Shown here piece after piece: positions 13,175 through 26,101 of a stretch of 64,000 nt of DNA (position 1 is its first letter; every line of letters starts with the position of its first letter). Position numbers and translations under genes: made by a program. Below the pieces are notes generated by a model, which was not told where the DNA came from, did no database searches, and saw only the letters and a program-made list of their open reading frames with translations. Origin of the DNA: Cercozoa sp. M6MM (taxonomy: Eukaryota; Protista; Endomyxa: Ascetosporea); NCBI GenBank assembly GCA_040357565.1, contig JBDODJ010000017.1. One strand, 5' to 3'.

Positions 13175-13610
13175 TTCGGATTCACTGATTTATTTTCGTC
13201 CATTGCGTTGATTTACTCGACTGTACCGTACTTTAACGGATCGCCGCACATCTCTCATGTGCTTTACTGTATATGTGCACAGCGTCATATAGTATGCTAC
13301 TCCGCTCGGCTGCGGCTGACACACGATCCCCAATTTTACTACAGAACGTCAACAACGGTGCCGCTGTCAGTGTCGGTGTCGGCGGCGAGAGGTGCCGTGG
13401 ATTTGAACAATTGTTGGCCAGTCGTGCCGTCGCTCTTGTCTGCGGTAGGAGTATATGTAAGTTATGAGAGACAAAATCGACAAAGGTCACACCTCTCGAT
13501 TTCTTTGGTGCTTGCTTCTTGACTGGTGCGGCGCCGTAGCACTTAGACAAACGACGTAGTCGGTAGACTCCTCGCTGTGCTTCAATCTTGCCTGGTTTAT
13601 CGGATTGTAT

Positions 13611-15330
13611 TCAATTGGCTTCAAGTGGTCTGTGAAAGTGGGAAGCACCAGTCAAACGAAGTGTTTCTTTCACCAGAAGCAGCGGTCGCAAGGCACTGAG
13701 ATCAGTCAAAAGAGCGATATCAAACCTACGGTAGTCAGGAATGCAGGTTTACCGATTGATTGAGATGCGCGTGTCCTCGTCGAGTTCAGTCTCGGCGTCA
13801 TTGTCGAACTGGGCTGTTGGGGGGAAGGGGTGCTACAGTTTACTTTGGACGGTCAAACTGACATACGCAAGGTCGGGTCCAAGATCAGGTCGGCAGGATT
13901 GATGGTGTTGGGACTCGTCGCGACCGGTGGTCCCAGACAGATCTATGTAGATACATGAGGTAGAGTAGGTGTCAATGCGAGGGTAGTACGATGGCACGCC
14001 GGTCGTTGTTGATGCCGTTGATTGGCTCAGCCGACCAGCCAGGCGTCACGGCCCAGTCGTTGTAGCCTACACGATAGGTTGGGAAGGGAGGCACCTGTAG
14101 ACATGTATGTACAGTACCCAGACCAGCACTGAGGTCACGCAGTGCTGCTGCCTCGCAGAAAGGCAGCTGTCCATCTGCCCACAGACGGTCTAAGTGCGTC
14201 ATTACGTCCTGTACATCCACTTATGTACTAGATACACACATATAAATTTATAAATATAAATATGTATATAATTTATATGTATATATGTGGTATATAAATG
14301 TACTTAAGGTCTAGATTTTTTAGTAGAGACCGTACGGTATTGAGAACATTGGCGATGCTGAAGATGCCGCCGTTGCCTTCAGCCGTGGTGTGCATCTGCC
14401 ACTGCACCTTGCAGCGTTCCACGGCAAAGTGTGTCTCATGTGATGCCACTTCAGCCATGGTTCTGGGCATGTGCATCGACTGCGACAGACTGCGTTGACG
14501 CAGTGCCTTGTTGGCCATCGCGAGTACTTGCAGCATCGCGTGCTCGCGTTTGTTCTTCTTGCCTGTCAGACTGGGTATACCCGTGTGAAGCTTGACGGAA
14601 GAGAAGCTGTGTACTCTGGTTGCCCGGCAGCGAGTCGGCCAGCACTCGTTCGTAGTAATCGCGAAAGGCGGCAGAAGTCAGTTGGCGTGTGCCAGTGGAG
14701 GACAGCAGGACCCACTGCCAGACCATGTGCTTGACGTAGCCGTGCTTGTTGTGCTGATCGCGCGGGAAGAAACACGGTCGCGCTGCCGAAGGCAGTCGCG
14801 GTGTCGATGACAGGTACTTGGCCGGTCCTCTTGACCCTATGCCTGTCATACCAAGGGAAGGTACCTACCCTCTTGTACCAGCGAGAGTCCCTACGTTGAC
14901 TGCCACGAATCGGAGTGCTCAGCCAGTTGGCTGCACGCTCGGTCTGCTTCTTGCGATCAGTGCTGCAGGAGGCACACTCAACCAGGTCCAAGGAAGAAGG
15001 AAGGAAGGAAGGGAAGGGAGGGAAGGAAGGAAGGAAGGAAGGAAGGAAGGAAGGAAGGAAGGAAGGAAGGAAGGAAGGGAAGGAAGGAAGGGAAGGAAGG
15101 AGGTGAAGGAAGGGAAGGAGGAAGGAAGGGAAGGAGGAAGGAGGAAGAGAAAGCGAGGACAGGTGTACGTGTCAAAGAGTGCAGCAGCGATGGTGGCGTG
15201 GTCCACCAGCGGCATCAGCAGCGACTTCACCGAGAACACCAGCAGCTCTTCTTTGGAGGCACTCGCAGGGAAGCCTGCCGTCTTCTCGTACTGACATATA
15301 TCTATATATTGTATGCTCACTGTAGACACA

Positions 15331-15364
<34 letters not shown>

Positions 15365-17121
15365 TAATGCAGTACATACATATATAGTATATCCTAGTTT
15401 AGGTAAGGGAGTACCGGAGTGCCACCAAATGGCGTCGTTCGCATCGAGATCGACTGTCCAATAAGTCAAGCAGCTCAACTTAATCTGCTCAAGAGTAAAA
15501 CAAGAGACCGAAATTTACACTAGCGACACGCACGCGACCCTGAAACTGCACCAGATTGAACAGCAGGCCCTTCTTGAACAGCACGACGTAGGCCTTACAG
15601 AGTCCTGTCACAAGGATCCTACGTGTACATACTACCCCTACAGATAGGACAGGCTACGGTGTCCGAGTCCGTTGAGAGGCAGGTAGGCACTCTTGCTGAC
15701 ACGTGTCTGATCGTCGGTGACCACTGTCAGTGCAATCAGTGGCGTGTACTGTAGCCACACTAGAGGAGACAGGTAGCACAAGGTGGGGTACAAGGCAGAC
15801 GCGGGTCACGGCGCTGCTGAGCGATACTGAACATGAGTTCGATGGCACCGGGAGCACCACTGCCGCCCAGGTGCAGGTCCGGACGGTGTCGCACCTGAAC
15901 AAAGATGTCTGTGTAATACTACTAGGTACTGCAAGGTACTCGGACAGTAGGGTAGTAACCTTCATGTCTGCAATCAAGGCCGAGTGTTTGGCATCGCCGA
16001 GCACTTGCCCTTCAGCCAGAGTGAGTGAGTCAAGTGCAGTCACCAGAGTGTCCGCTGCGCATGTGTGTCCACTGGCGATGGTTTCACTCGACTCTGTCGG
16101 CAGAGGGTTTGCCTGCATCTCCTCCTCCGTCATTGGCAGGATCTGCACCCAAGTATTAGTGCCTGCACTGTCCCTCAAGATACAATATTAAAGAGCAGTT
16201 TACCCGGTACACTTGCTCCTCGCAGAAGTCCTCACTGCCATGTAGTACGACACCTTCGATCACCGACGGCGGTACCAGGTAGGTTTGTTCCTTGCCCCTG
16301 GGGGGGGGGGTTAATTATCTAGCTAAACTGAGTCTGATATGAGGGTGGTACCAAAGCTGTCCGCGCGGAGACAGAGGGTCAGGGAATGAGATCTGCAACT
16401 GGTACATCCGACTGTCGCGCTTGCCGATCTGTGCACACAGAGAGTTAGATAACTACCGGGGATAGGGGGTAAGACTAGGGTATACACTGATGGCCTGTCC
16501 GCACATGCGATTCGGATCCAAAGGAGGCACTTGTCGCTGCAACAACACCTGCGGCTGCTGCACCAGAGTAAGAACGGAAGGGGCCACCGACGGTGTCACT
16601 GAGGGTGCCATTGATATCACTGAGGGCGCCATCTGACTGAGACCGGTGTAGCCACTCAGCACAGACACTGTGTGAGACCGGCCAGTGAGCGGCACCTCTG
16701 GTGTTGTAAGCACTGGCGCACTCGAGCGGCGTCCCAGTTGCTGCTTAAACTAAATCGTTAGTTTTACCCTCACATTCTGAACGGGAAGCTACCTGCATCA
16801 GCTGTGCGTACGCTTCGTCTGTCTGCTGGGCGCGCTGCGTGATCAACTCGCCGTGTTCTTCTTGAGCGGCCTCCTCTGACCATAGTTTATTTTTTCCAGC
16901 CGGCCCCCCCCCCCAGATGGACCATGGTTCACTGGAAACCCACCATCGCTGAACGCTTCCCCAAGCGCAATTTCGAGTTGGTCCAACTCGTGCCGCTCAG
17001 TCTCGCTTTCTGGCTGCCGAGCAGGATCTATTGTGCTGCTGGCTACGTCTGGGCGAGCTTCCAACAAGGATGCCGCTGTCGAGGCGTGGACCAGCAACAA
17101 CGCAAAACACAAGAGTCGCAT
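13611..17121 (-). CDS. Large secreted hypothetical protein, multi-exon
   Basis: N-terminus MRLLCFALLLVHASTAA is signal-peptide-like. A chain of exons runs to ...HFHRPLEAN*. No domain recognised; it could be more than one gene. Confidence 0.55.
14990..15150. repeat. (GGAA)n microsatellite, intronic
   Basis: Direct reading. Confidence 0.95.
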
Positions 17122-17424
17122 CTTGTTCTCAACCTGGATCAACGCCTGCCCTACTACAGTGCTGCTACGGTAGGTTGAAACCACTAATTTTGCCTGGTAG
17201 TTAATCTTTCGGCGCCCTGCGTGGCATGCCCAGCGCAAAGTCCGGAAGCCAAGGGCGCTAAAATCTACAAACGAAGCTGAGCAAGCTATTGTGGTTACTC
17301 AGTTTGAAGCTTCCCTATAGTCAGCCTCCAGTAAATCATTTTTCAATACTGTTTTTTAACAATTAAAGAAAAAAAAAATGGGATCGAATCACTCGAAATA
17401 TCTCTAAAACGGCCGAAAGGCAAA

Positions 17425-19784
17425 ATGGTACTACGTGGGCAATAGCACCACTTGTGTGATTCGCTTCACCAGTTTCGCTCCTGTGTATTTTGCTTTTTTC
17501 AATGTCAACGACTTTTTTTTTTGTTTTTTGCGTAGATCAAAGTTCGCTTGGAGTGGGCGTACGACGGACAAGTGTACACCACGGATGATGTGAAGCAACT
17601 CGCAAGTGACGGCGACGTCGAAGTGATTGGCCGGAAGTAACGTTCTCCACACATTGCTTTCTCTCGTGGCTTCATTGCGTGACGTTTCGCAGCGACTTTC
17701 CGGGCCCTCCGAACGATGATTTGAAGCGCGTTTCGCGTAAGCAGTGGAAAGTGCGGTTTTTCTCGTATCTATGATGCTACGTATGTGCTTTCGATGTGTC
17801 TCGCTTTTGCTCAGCTCAAGCGAATCGACGCCAACACAGTTCACATCTCGCTAGCAAAGTAAGATGATTGCGTGTATTTCTGGGTGTGCTTTCACTGCAC
17901 TTGTGTGTGTTGCAGGAATCTTAACTTCAACGCCAATTTGCGGGTCAGTCTTGGCGTCGAAGATTACGACACCAAAGCGGTACTTCACACTTCCCGTCGG
18001 TGCCGTGCTGCTGGATCAGACCAGACGCGGTGTGTGTTTGTGTTGCAGAACTCCGGCACCATGAGAATCGGGTCAAAGCTTGCATTCGACGTCAAGGCTG
18101 GTGCCAGACTGTCGATCAGTGTATGTTGTTTCATCTGGGATGCGGGTGGTGGTGGCTTCAATGATGAGTGCTCTTGCTGCCTTGCACAGCTCTCTGGTTC
18201 AGGCGACGTCAAGCGCGAACCGGCCAACGACGACGAAACCGAGGAGGACAACGACACTGAATTTGACGATGACGATGACGACGATGACGACGAGCAGGAC
18301 CCTCTGGACGACTTTGTGCGTCCGCGGAAACGCCGTATCATTTGTCTTGACACACCGGCCTGTATTTCCTTCCTTTGTCTCAGAAGAAATGTGCGCTGCT
18401 CAGGCAAGGTGGCGGCAGTCAAGGCCGAGGTCAAGGCCGAACCGACGGAAGATGCGTCCCAGCCGCAAGAACCGCAGGCGCGAGACGAATCCTACCGTAC
18501 GTGCTTGTGTGCCTGTGCTTGTTTCTTTTTGTGCTCTAGCAACGTTGTTTTTATTTTGTAGATATTGTCTGGCTGAAAGCCGGCAACGTTCTGCGCCAGG
18601 TGCCGCTGCTGCTAAACAATGAAGTACCTGTCGTTGTGAGCTTAGACGGCCTTACCTCGAGGTACTTTCTCGGCTCTCACCTTTGGGTTGTATGCGCGTA
18701 TTTTCTCTTTCTCAGGTACCTCCTGCACGCCGAAACTAAGATGCTCCGAGTCTCGGAGCGCAAGCGCGTGCTGGCCGCTCTGTATTTGTACAAGTTGCAC
18801 CACCATGGTCACACAGAAGCGGCGTACTTTTGCCTTCGCTTTCACTGTGTTTGTGAATTGTTTACTCTTTATTCGATCGCAACGTTTCTCAGTCCCGAGG
18901 ACGCGGAGGAAGATAACCCTGATCCGCTTCTCGCCTTTCGGCCGCTGCGCGAGCAGATGGCGAACCTGGCCGTACTTCCTTTTCTTAGCTTTCTTTTGAG
19001 AGTACAATTATTTCTCCTTTTGTTGACAGGTCGAATGCTCTGGCGAGGACGAAGAACGACTGCGCCACAAGAGTGAGTCAAGCACTTTTGATCCCTCACT
19101 GTTCAATCTATGTTCAGCTTATGCTTTCAGTCTGTATTTTCGATCCATGTGTTTAGTCTATGTTCTCAGCTGTGTTTTCTGTCTATGTTTTGATTACGTG
19201 TTTTCAATCTATGCTTTCAGATTATGTCGCTACTGTGTCTGTTTAGAGCACGGCGTGACAGCGCACGCACTCAGTGCCATCAGTGACTACCGTGGCCTCG
19301 CGGAACTGCTCACGAAGGACCAAGAGAGAGTACGTTCTGTGCGTATTTGTGCTTCGGAGTGTGTCTGTGTGCACAGGTCGATGCGCCAGGCGGCGGTTTG
19401 TCTGTCCAGCTCGTCGATAGCCCACAGCATGCGGTCAGCGAAGGCTTCATTCGCCCGGATGGTACCCTGTCTTGTGATGCGTCAATATTTGTGATTTTTC
19501 TGTGTCTCAGGCAAGACATGGACGGCCGAAGAGATGACCGAAAACGAGGTGTGTCTGTTGCTCTTTTTGCTCTATTGTGTCCGTGTGTATATGTCGACTG
19601 TGGCGCAAAAGCAGAAAAGAGCAGACATCGTGCTGGTGAAGACGACCGACCTGCCCGGAGACGTGGGCGTGCTGGCCTGCCTGGCCTCGGAAACTGCAGT
19701 ACGGCAGTTTTTCTTGGAGTACGTTGACGTCTCTTTCTTGCATTGCATACCCTCTACAATATATTACGGATATTTGTGTGTGGG

Positions 19785-19833
<49 letters not shown>

Positions 19834-20037
19834 TGTTGTTGCAGTCTGGAAAATCGTTTGTGGTTTTGCCTGTCGCTCGACGATTGGCTGAGCCTCCTCA
19901 CCAAGGTAACAGCCGCGTGATCGTGTAGTGTGAGTGTTTGGTACTTCTCTCACAAGACGGTGTTGTGTTTGTGTACACAGGCTCACCCGGAGCTTCGACA
20001 ACTGCCTGTGGAGTACACGCGCTCCGATCGTACCTCC

Positions 20038-20127
<90 letters not shown>

Positions 20128-20368
20128 CACTCACGTGTGTCTGCACAGTTGTCGCGAAGCTAAAAGCGTACCAGAAAGGGGGAAAACGGAGCGTTCGGAG
20201 CGTGTACGACATGAACGCCACTCCGGGTGGCATCATACAGGCGATGGTACGCGCTCTTTTTTATGATCGAACGTTAGTATTTTCTTGTGCGCTCAGTTCT
20301 TCGAAAAGCATGAACACCATCCGTTCGACGAAAAAGCGTCTAACTGCGCCTTGTGTAATGTGGGTTGA
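17425..20368 (+). CDS. Hypothetical protein with central poly-Asp tract and NLS-like RPRKRR
   Basis: Roughly 15 spliceable exons, including IKVRLEWAYDG..., DDETEEDNDTEFDDDDDDDDDEQD and LENRLWFCLSLDDWL. Ends HEHHPFDEKASNCALCNVG*. Confidence 0.55.
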
Positions 20369-21065
20369 GATGCACGGTCGCATTCAAGCAGTTTTAGTTT
20401 CAAACTTCCTATCTATCATCGCACTTCGCCCACAGTTTCAAAACTGATCTTCCAAAAATCAGATCAGTGCAGCAGCGGCACTAATCCAACTCCTGCTTTG
20501 ACCAAATGCTTACTCTAGTGGCTCCAAGGACAACCGCAATCAGCAATCCGGGAATGATCAGTATTATTTTTTAATTATTCTTCGTCGCTCTTTTCGTCCA
20601 AACGACGCGTGCAGGACCGACAGTGCAGTGTTCGGGAGTGTCTCACCTACTCTCTCAGTCATTGTAGTGTACGTTGTGTTTCCCAGTGCTTCCGTAGCGC
20701 GTCGCACGCCGCTTTGGGCGGGTGTCGTGCGCTTTGTGGTTTTGCCGTTTGTCGTGTGTGGCCCACGTGCTTTCGGCAGCAGCCGCCCCGTGACTGGGCA
20801 CGCTGGGCACCCAATGTGCTCATAGAGTGGCAGGCAGGCCGATTGCTGTGCCAAAAGTTACTTTTGAGTGTTGATCGTTTTGATCTTTCGTGGAAGAAAC
20901 GACGAAGTTCTTGAGAAGTGTGGCGGAGATTTCCAGCAAGTTTCAAGCAAATTTCGAGCAAGTTTCTTTGAGTCAAGGAGTGCGCAAAACCACCAGTCAA
21001 TTTGTTTCGTTTGACTTCCATCTACTGTTTTCACCTTCCGACTTCCCTTTGCAGAACAAGCAGCC

Positions 21066-21794
21066 ATGCAGAACATCAAGTGTGTCGTCGTCGGCGACGG
21101 TGCCGTCGGGTAGGCGTTGTCTCTGTTCGTGTGTCTGTGTGTCTGTGTGCCTCGTTTTGACTGTTGTTGATGCTGATTGCTGCTCGCAGTAAGACGTGCC
21201 TTCTGATCTCGTACACGACGAACGCCTTCCCGGGCGAGTACATCCCGACCGTGTTCGACAACTACTCGGCCAACGTGATGGTGGACGGCCGTCCGATCAA
21301 CCTGGGCCTGTGGGATACGGCCGGTCAGGAGGACTACGACCGTCTGCGTCCGCTGTCGTACCCGCAGACCGACGTGTTCCTGGTGTGCTTCTCGATCATC
21401 TCGCCGCCCTCGTTCGAGAACGTCAAGGCCAAGTGGTACCCGGAGATCCAGCACCACGCGCCGGGTGTGCCGCTGCTCCTGGTGGGCACCAAGAGCGATC
21501 TGCGCGGCGACGAGGCCACCAAGCAGCAGCTGGCCGCCAAGGGCCTGCACATCACGGCCGAGGAGGAGGCGCTCGCCATGCAGAAGCAGATCGGCGCCGT
21601 CAAGTACCTCGAGTGCTCTGCCCTCACGCAGGAGGGCCTCAAGAACGTCTTTGACGAGGCCATTCGCGCCGCGCTCACCAAGCCGGCCAAGGTAGCCTTT
21701 TCCTGCCTCACCTTCGCTCCCGACCCTTCCTGCTACCCTGTGTATCCCCCTGCCCCCTGAGCAGAAGAAGAAGAAGGCGTGCCTCATCATGTAA
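21066..21794 (+). CDS. RAC1: Rac-family Rho GTPase (3 exons)
   Basis: [15 protein letters not shown]|[56 protein letters not shown] and polybasic [10 protein letters not shown] CaaX. Introns about 21110-21189 and 21692-21764. Confidence 0.98.
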
Positions 21795-22614
21795 GTGTTG
21801 CACACGACGACGCCTTTGCCGTCATTATTCAGAACAAGTTCGACGCGCTCTCGCACGTGGATTCGACCGCCATCCTGCAATCGCTGGCTGGCGCGATGAG
21901 GCCATTGGCGAGTGTTCAGTTCGAGCTGCCCATAGTAGGAATTAGATCCTCTCTCGCTCTAGATTTTTCAATTTAAACGGCCTTTTCTGCCTTAAAAGCT
22001 CTTAACTGTGTTACTGACGGTTGTCAGTGAAAAGAACTAAATAAAAGAAGTAAGTCGTCAATTAGACGAAGCGAGGGAATCAATGATTCAGTTAGTAGAA
22101 GCGAAGTGAAGAATTACCCCAACTGGGTTCTTACGTCAAACTAGACGGAGTTGTCGACGGAATCTTCCGTCACGGGGAAAATCGTGAGAAGATTTAACAA
22201 GAAAACCCCTTCTCTCTACAGCAGCCAATGCTTACTTGGAGAGGTGGATATCAGTCCAAACTGCAGAGCAACTGACCAGCTGATGCCAAGTAGATGAGGT
22301 TTTCTCTTTGCCAACTGGCAGGCTCAATCTACAGGACAGGCTTTCAGACAGGTCCAGTCACAGCTCTATGGGCAGTAGTACCGTAGAGCCACAAACTCTT
22401 AACTCTTCTTTCTCTTTAGCTTCAATGATGGGAGACCAACTGGTCTGTCTGGGTTTATCCCCGCGGAGACTGCATAATCTGAGTCAGTCTGTAACAACTG
22501 CACGATCCGTTTACCTACCCGGCCCGCTTAGTCGTGAACTGCTGCCGGCCGTTCGCACGAATAAACTTAGCTTGAATGTGCAAACTAGGATAGTAGCAAA
22601 GTGCTGTAGCGGAA

Positions 22615-23716
22615 TCAACGCATGCTGCGGTTCACACTGGCGAAGCAGCGGCACAAAAGACGAGCGGTGTCGCCGAGACCGAAGCGCTCGTGCAGTAGCG
22701 TCGGCTTGGCCGGCAGCCATCGCTCGTACACGGCGAGACTCTGTGCGACGTCGTCGCTGGCCTGCACGTCGATCCGGCAGGCCTGCAGCATGGCGGCCAC
22801 GTGCTGCAGCTCGGCCTGCGCCATCTCGGGCAGCACGTGCTGCGTGATGCGTCGCAGCAGCAGCGCCTTGACGGCGTGTACGTCGCTGGACGCAGTGACG
22901 GCGTCCAAGAAGTCGCGGTGCCGTGTCGGAGTCTCCTGCGGCAGCGGCAGCAGCGACACGGAGAGCAGTACCGTGCACAGCACAGAGCGGCGACCTTCCA
23001 CGATCTGCGTGGACACGTGGTCGCCGTGACCGTGTCGCCAGTGCACGCGGTCCAGTGCCTGTCGGTCAGCATGCATGTTCTATGCAGAGACCAAACACGG
23101 GGTCGTACCTGGTGGTAGAAGGCACGAAGCGCATGCCGTAGTCGTCGATGCAGGTGCTTGACATCACTGGCGGCATCGTGTGTCCTGAGACACGCCGTAG
23201 CCACGGCGTTGGACAGCCAGACGTAGTGCCACGGCGTCATGCGACGCTGCTGCCCGCACAGGATCGGCACGCAGCCAAAGCACTCGGCCAGTGTGACTTC
23301 ACTCTGTTATCACACACATACACACCCAGGCAGGCGGTAAGGGAAGACTACTATCGAAGACTACTATCACTTTGGACAAAGCTACCTCATCGTAGTCTCG
23401 CCTAGTGCCCAATAGAGGCGTGTGGAAGCACGACATGGCAGTCTGCAACAAGGCTTCTCGTAGAGACAGACCAGGCGGCACCAGAAGACGCGAGACGAGC
23501 TGTAGTCTCGCACACAACAGACTGGCGCCGCCACACGCCTCGCCATGCGCCAGCAACTCACTGCGTGACAGGTAGTGCATCACACGCTGCCACAACGGCG
23601 ACTTTACCTGTGTCATNNNNNNNNNNNNNNNNNNNNNNNNNNNNNNNNNNNNNNNNNNNNNNNNNNNNNNNNNNNNNNNNNNNNNNNNNNNNNNNNNNNN
23701 NNNNNNNNNNNNNNNN

Positions 23717-23761
<45 letters not shown>

Positions 23762-25822
23762 AAACCTACATTGATGACGGTTCGAATCACAGAAGGAGAC
23801 AGCATCGGAAAGGACACGTGGTGTCCACCAGCATGTCCACTGCGAGGCGACACATGCATCACGTCGAAGGGAGCCTCGACCTTTCGTTCGTTGTCATGCA
23901 CTCCGGTGCCGGTGCAACTCAGCAGCAGTGCGCCGTTCCAAGCTGTGCGGTAGTGCAGGTGTGCCGGCTCGGCCTCGACACCGGCGACACCGCGTGCCCA
24001 GGCAGCCACGAGACACGAGTACACTGGGTTGGGCAGTGCCACACGTGCCGCCTTGGCCATGCACGCGATCAGTCGACCTGTACTGGGCAGTGTCCAGTCG
24101 AGCGACATGCTTGAGAGCAGAGGTGTGCCACATGACTCAACACCATGAGACATACTCATGAGACAGGCCGCCAGAGGCAGTGCCACATGGCCCAACAGCA
24201 CGTTCTCCACGGCCGCAAACTGGGCTTCCAATCCACGCTTCTGCATCCACACAGGCAGCGTGTAGTGTGCGCGTGCTTGCGACATGGCTTCCTCCTGCCC
24301 CAAAGAACTCAAAATAACATTCGTTTTCATTCGAAATCTGTGACTGGAGGAACTGACATGTTCATCAAGCGCCGGAACGTCGGCCAACTCGACAATCCGC
24401 GTCAATAGATCAATGTCCTCACTCTGCGCTGTTCGCTGGTCTGGCAGCAAGCATACTCGTTGCTCAGTTCAGATATTTGTTTTATTTGCAGAAAAAATAC
24501 CATGCCGGGCTGACGTGACCAGCCGCGGAATAACTCCGCACAGAGCGGCCACACAAGTGCTAGTGGCGATCAAGCTGTGCGCTCTCTGTGGAAATCGCAG
24601 CAAACTCCGAACTCGTCGGCGAAACGACGCATTTTGCAGTTCGAAAAGCACGTCCTTAAATTTGCTGAGTTCAGTCTACAAAACAATACAAAAACGATGA
24701 AACAACACGAACAATACAATAACAAGAGTAATAAAAGTGGTCTGAACCTCCGCAGCTGCACCAGCTAGAATGGTATCACACAGAAGTCTCAAGTCACTCG
24801 TGATGTTTCTGCACTGTGTGAGAGAAACGAGCGATCGCTGCACCAGTGACAGGGCGAAACGCCACTCCACAAGTGGTCTCGCATCCTGCAGAAGCCAACA
24901 GTGACTGCTTGGGCCAAATCAAGTGCTCAAAAGAGGGAAATCTACCTCAGAAACACTCGAGGTCCAGTCACAGAAAAGCTCGGCCCAGTCGGTGGCGTCA
25001 TGGTGGCCGCACTCGATTGAAGCGCCACTGCTGCTGCACAGGTCGGCCAAGTCGTCGATGTTGTCGACCTGTGTAACGAGCGAGTCGTGCAGTGCCAGGA
25101 CGGCCGAGCACTGTGCCGACACTGAAGCCACTGCACCCGTGAAGCGATTGCGAAAGAGTTGCACGTGCGTCAGCAGTTTCGCCTGTGCCGCCACAGTCAG
25201 AATCGCCAACTGGTCGTGCGACGTGCTGATGGCGCGTTCAGTCGCCTCTGCAGCTAACGTGTTCAAAAAGCGAAAGGAAACACAGGTGAAAGCACACCCT
25301 TCAGTTCGGGATCCAAAGCAGCCACTTCTTGCAAAAGCAGCTGCTCGAACTCGTCCTCGTAAATCATGCGACGCAGCTGCTCCTGTCCGTCCAGGCAGTG
25401 ATCCAGGTCCATGTGCCACCTCTACAATACAATACAGACAGAATAGGATACTATTACAGCTACTAGTGCAGAGAAGGATTAGGGTACGGGAGTTCTTGCG
25501 GTAGGTGAGCTTCTTGTCACGTTCCTCAAGCCGCAGATCGACGGGTCGCGCTCTAGACAACAATCCATCTCTCCCCAGCGTTTTTCCGGCACAACAGCGT
25601 GTACCGAGACGCCTGTGCAGCTCATCGTTGACTCCTGCACACCGCAAGGCAACAGCAAGTTTGCCGTTCGAAACCTCGCGCAGCAGCGCCTCCGCCACAG
25701 TGCCTGCAAGGGGCCCAGTCAGCTGCGTCGTACAGTTGACAGCAAAAAACAAAATGCACACTGACTAAGAACAACAGATTGACCATCCGACAGCATAGAG
25801 ACTAACCTGGTGCTTGTTGCAT
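22615..25822 (-). CDS. Large hypothetical protein (spans an assembly gap in an intron)
   Basis: Long open exons (23758-24450, 22615-23080) flanked by GT-AG sites. No confident family. Confidence 0.55.
23617..23716. other. Assembly gap (100 N) abutting a (CA)n repeat; further 10-N gaps at about 57291 and 59396
   Basis: N runs inside or next to microsatellites. Confidence 0.99.
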
Positions 25823-26101
25823 GCCAGATTTGTGATCAGAATCACTAAGAACTCCGGAGTGTGCTTGTTTTTCCGAATGTTGGTTCACGAACAGCCTCGA
25901 CTGATTTTGGAGCACTGCCTGGCCACAAGGGTTAGCGTCACGCCGTGTCTTTAGTAAAGCGCTACTAACTTTCAGCAGGATTCATTGTATCGAAACGTCG
26001 CTTTAGATCAATTTCTTACCGTGAGTCTGTGAATAATAGAGGTAAACAATTTCACGTCAACTCTGCTGCCATCCACTCCTGGCAATCGACGGCTTTGATG
26101 T

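Noticed and set aside
20858-21880. 340-aa antisense ORF over Rac
   Set aside because: Shadow ORF caused by the strong GC3 codon bias of Rac.
22424-22482. Possible box C/D snoRNA (ATGATG...CTGA)
   Set aside because: Imperfect box C, no terminal stem and no recognisable rRNA guide.
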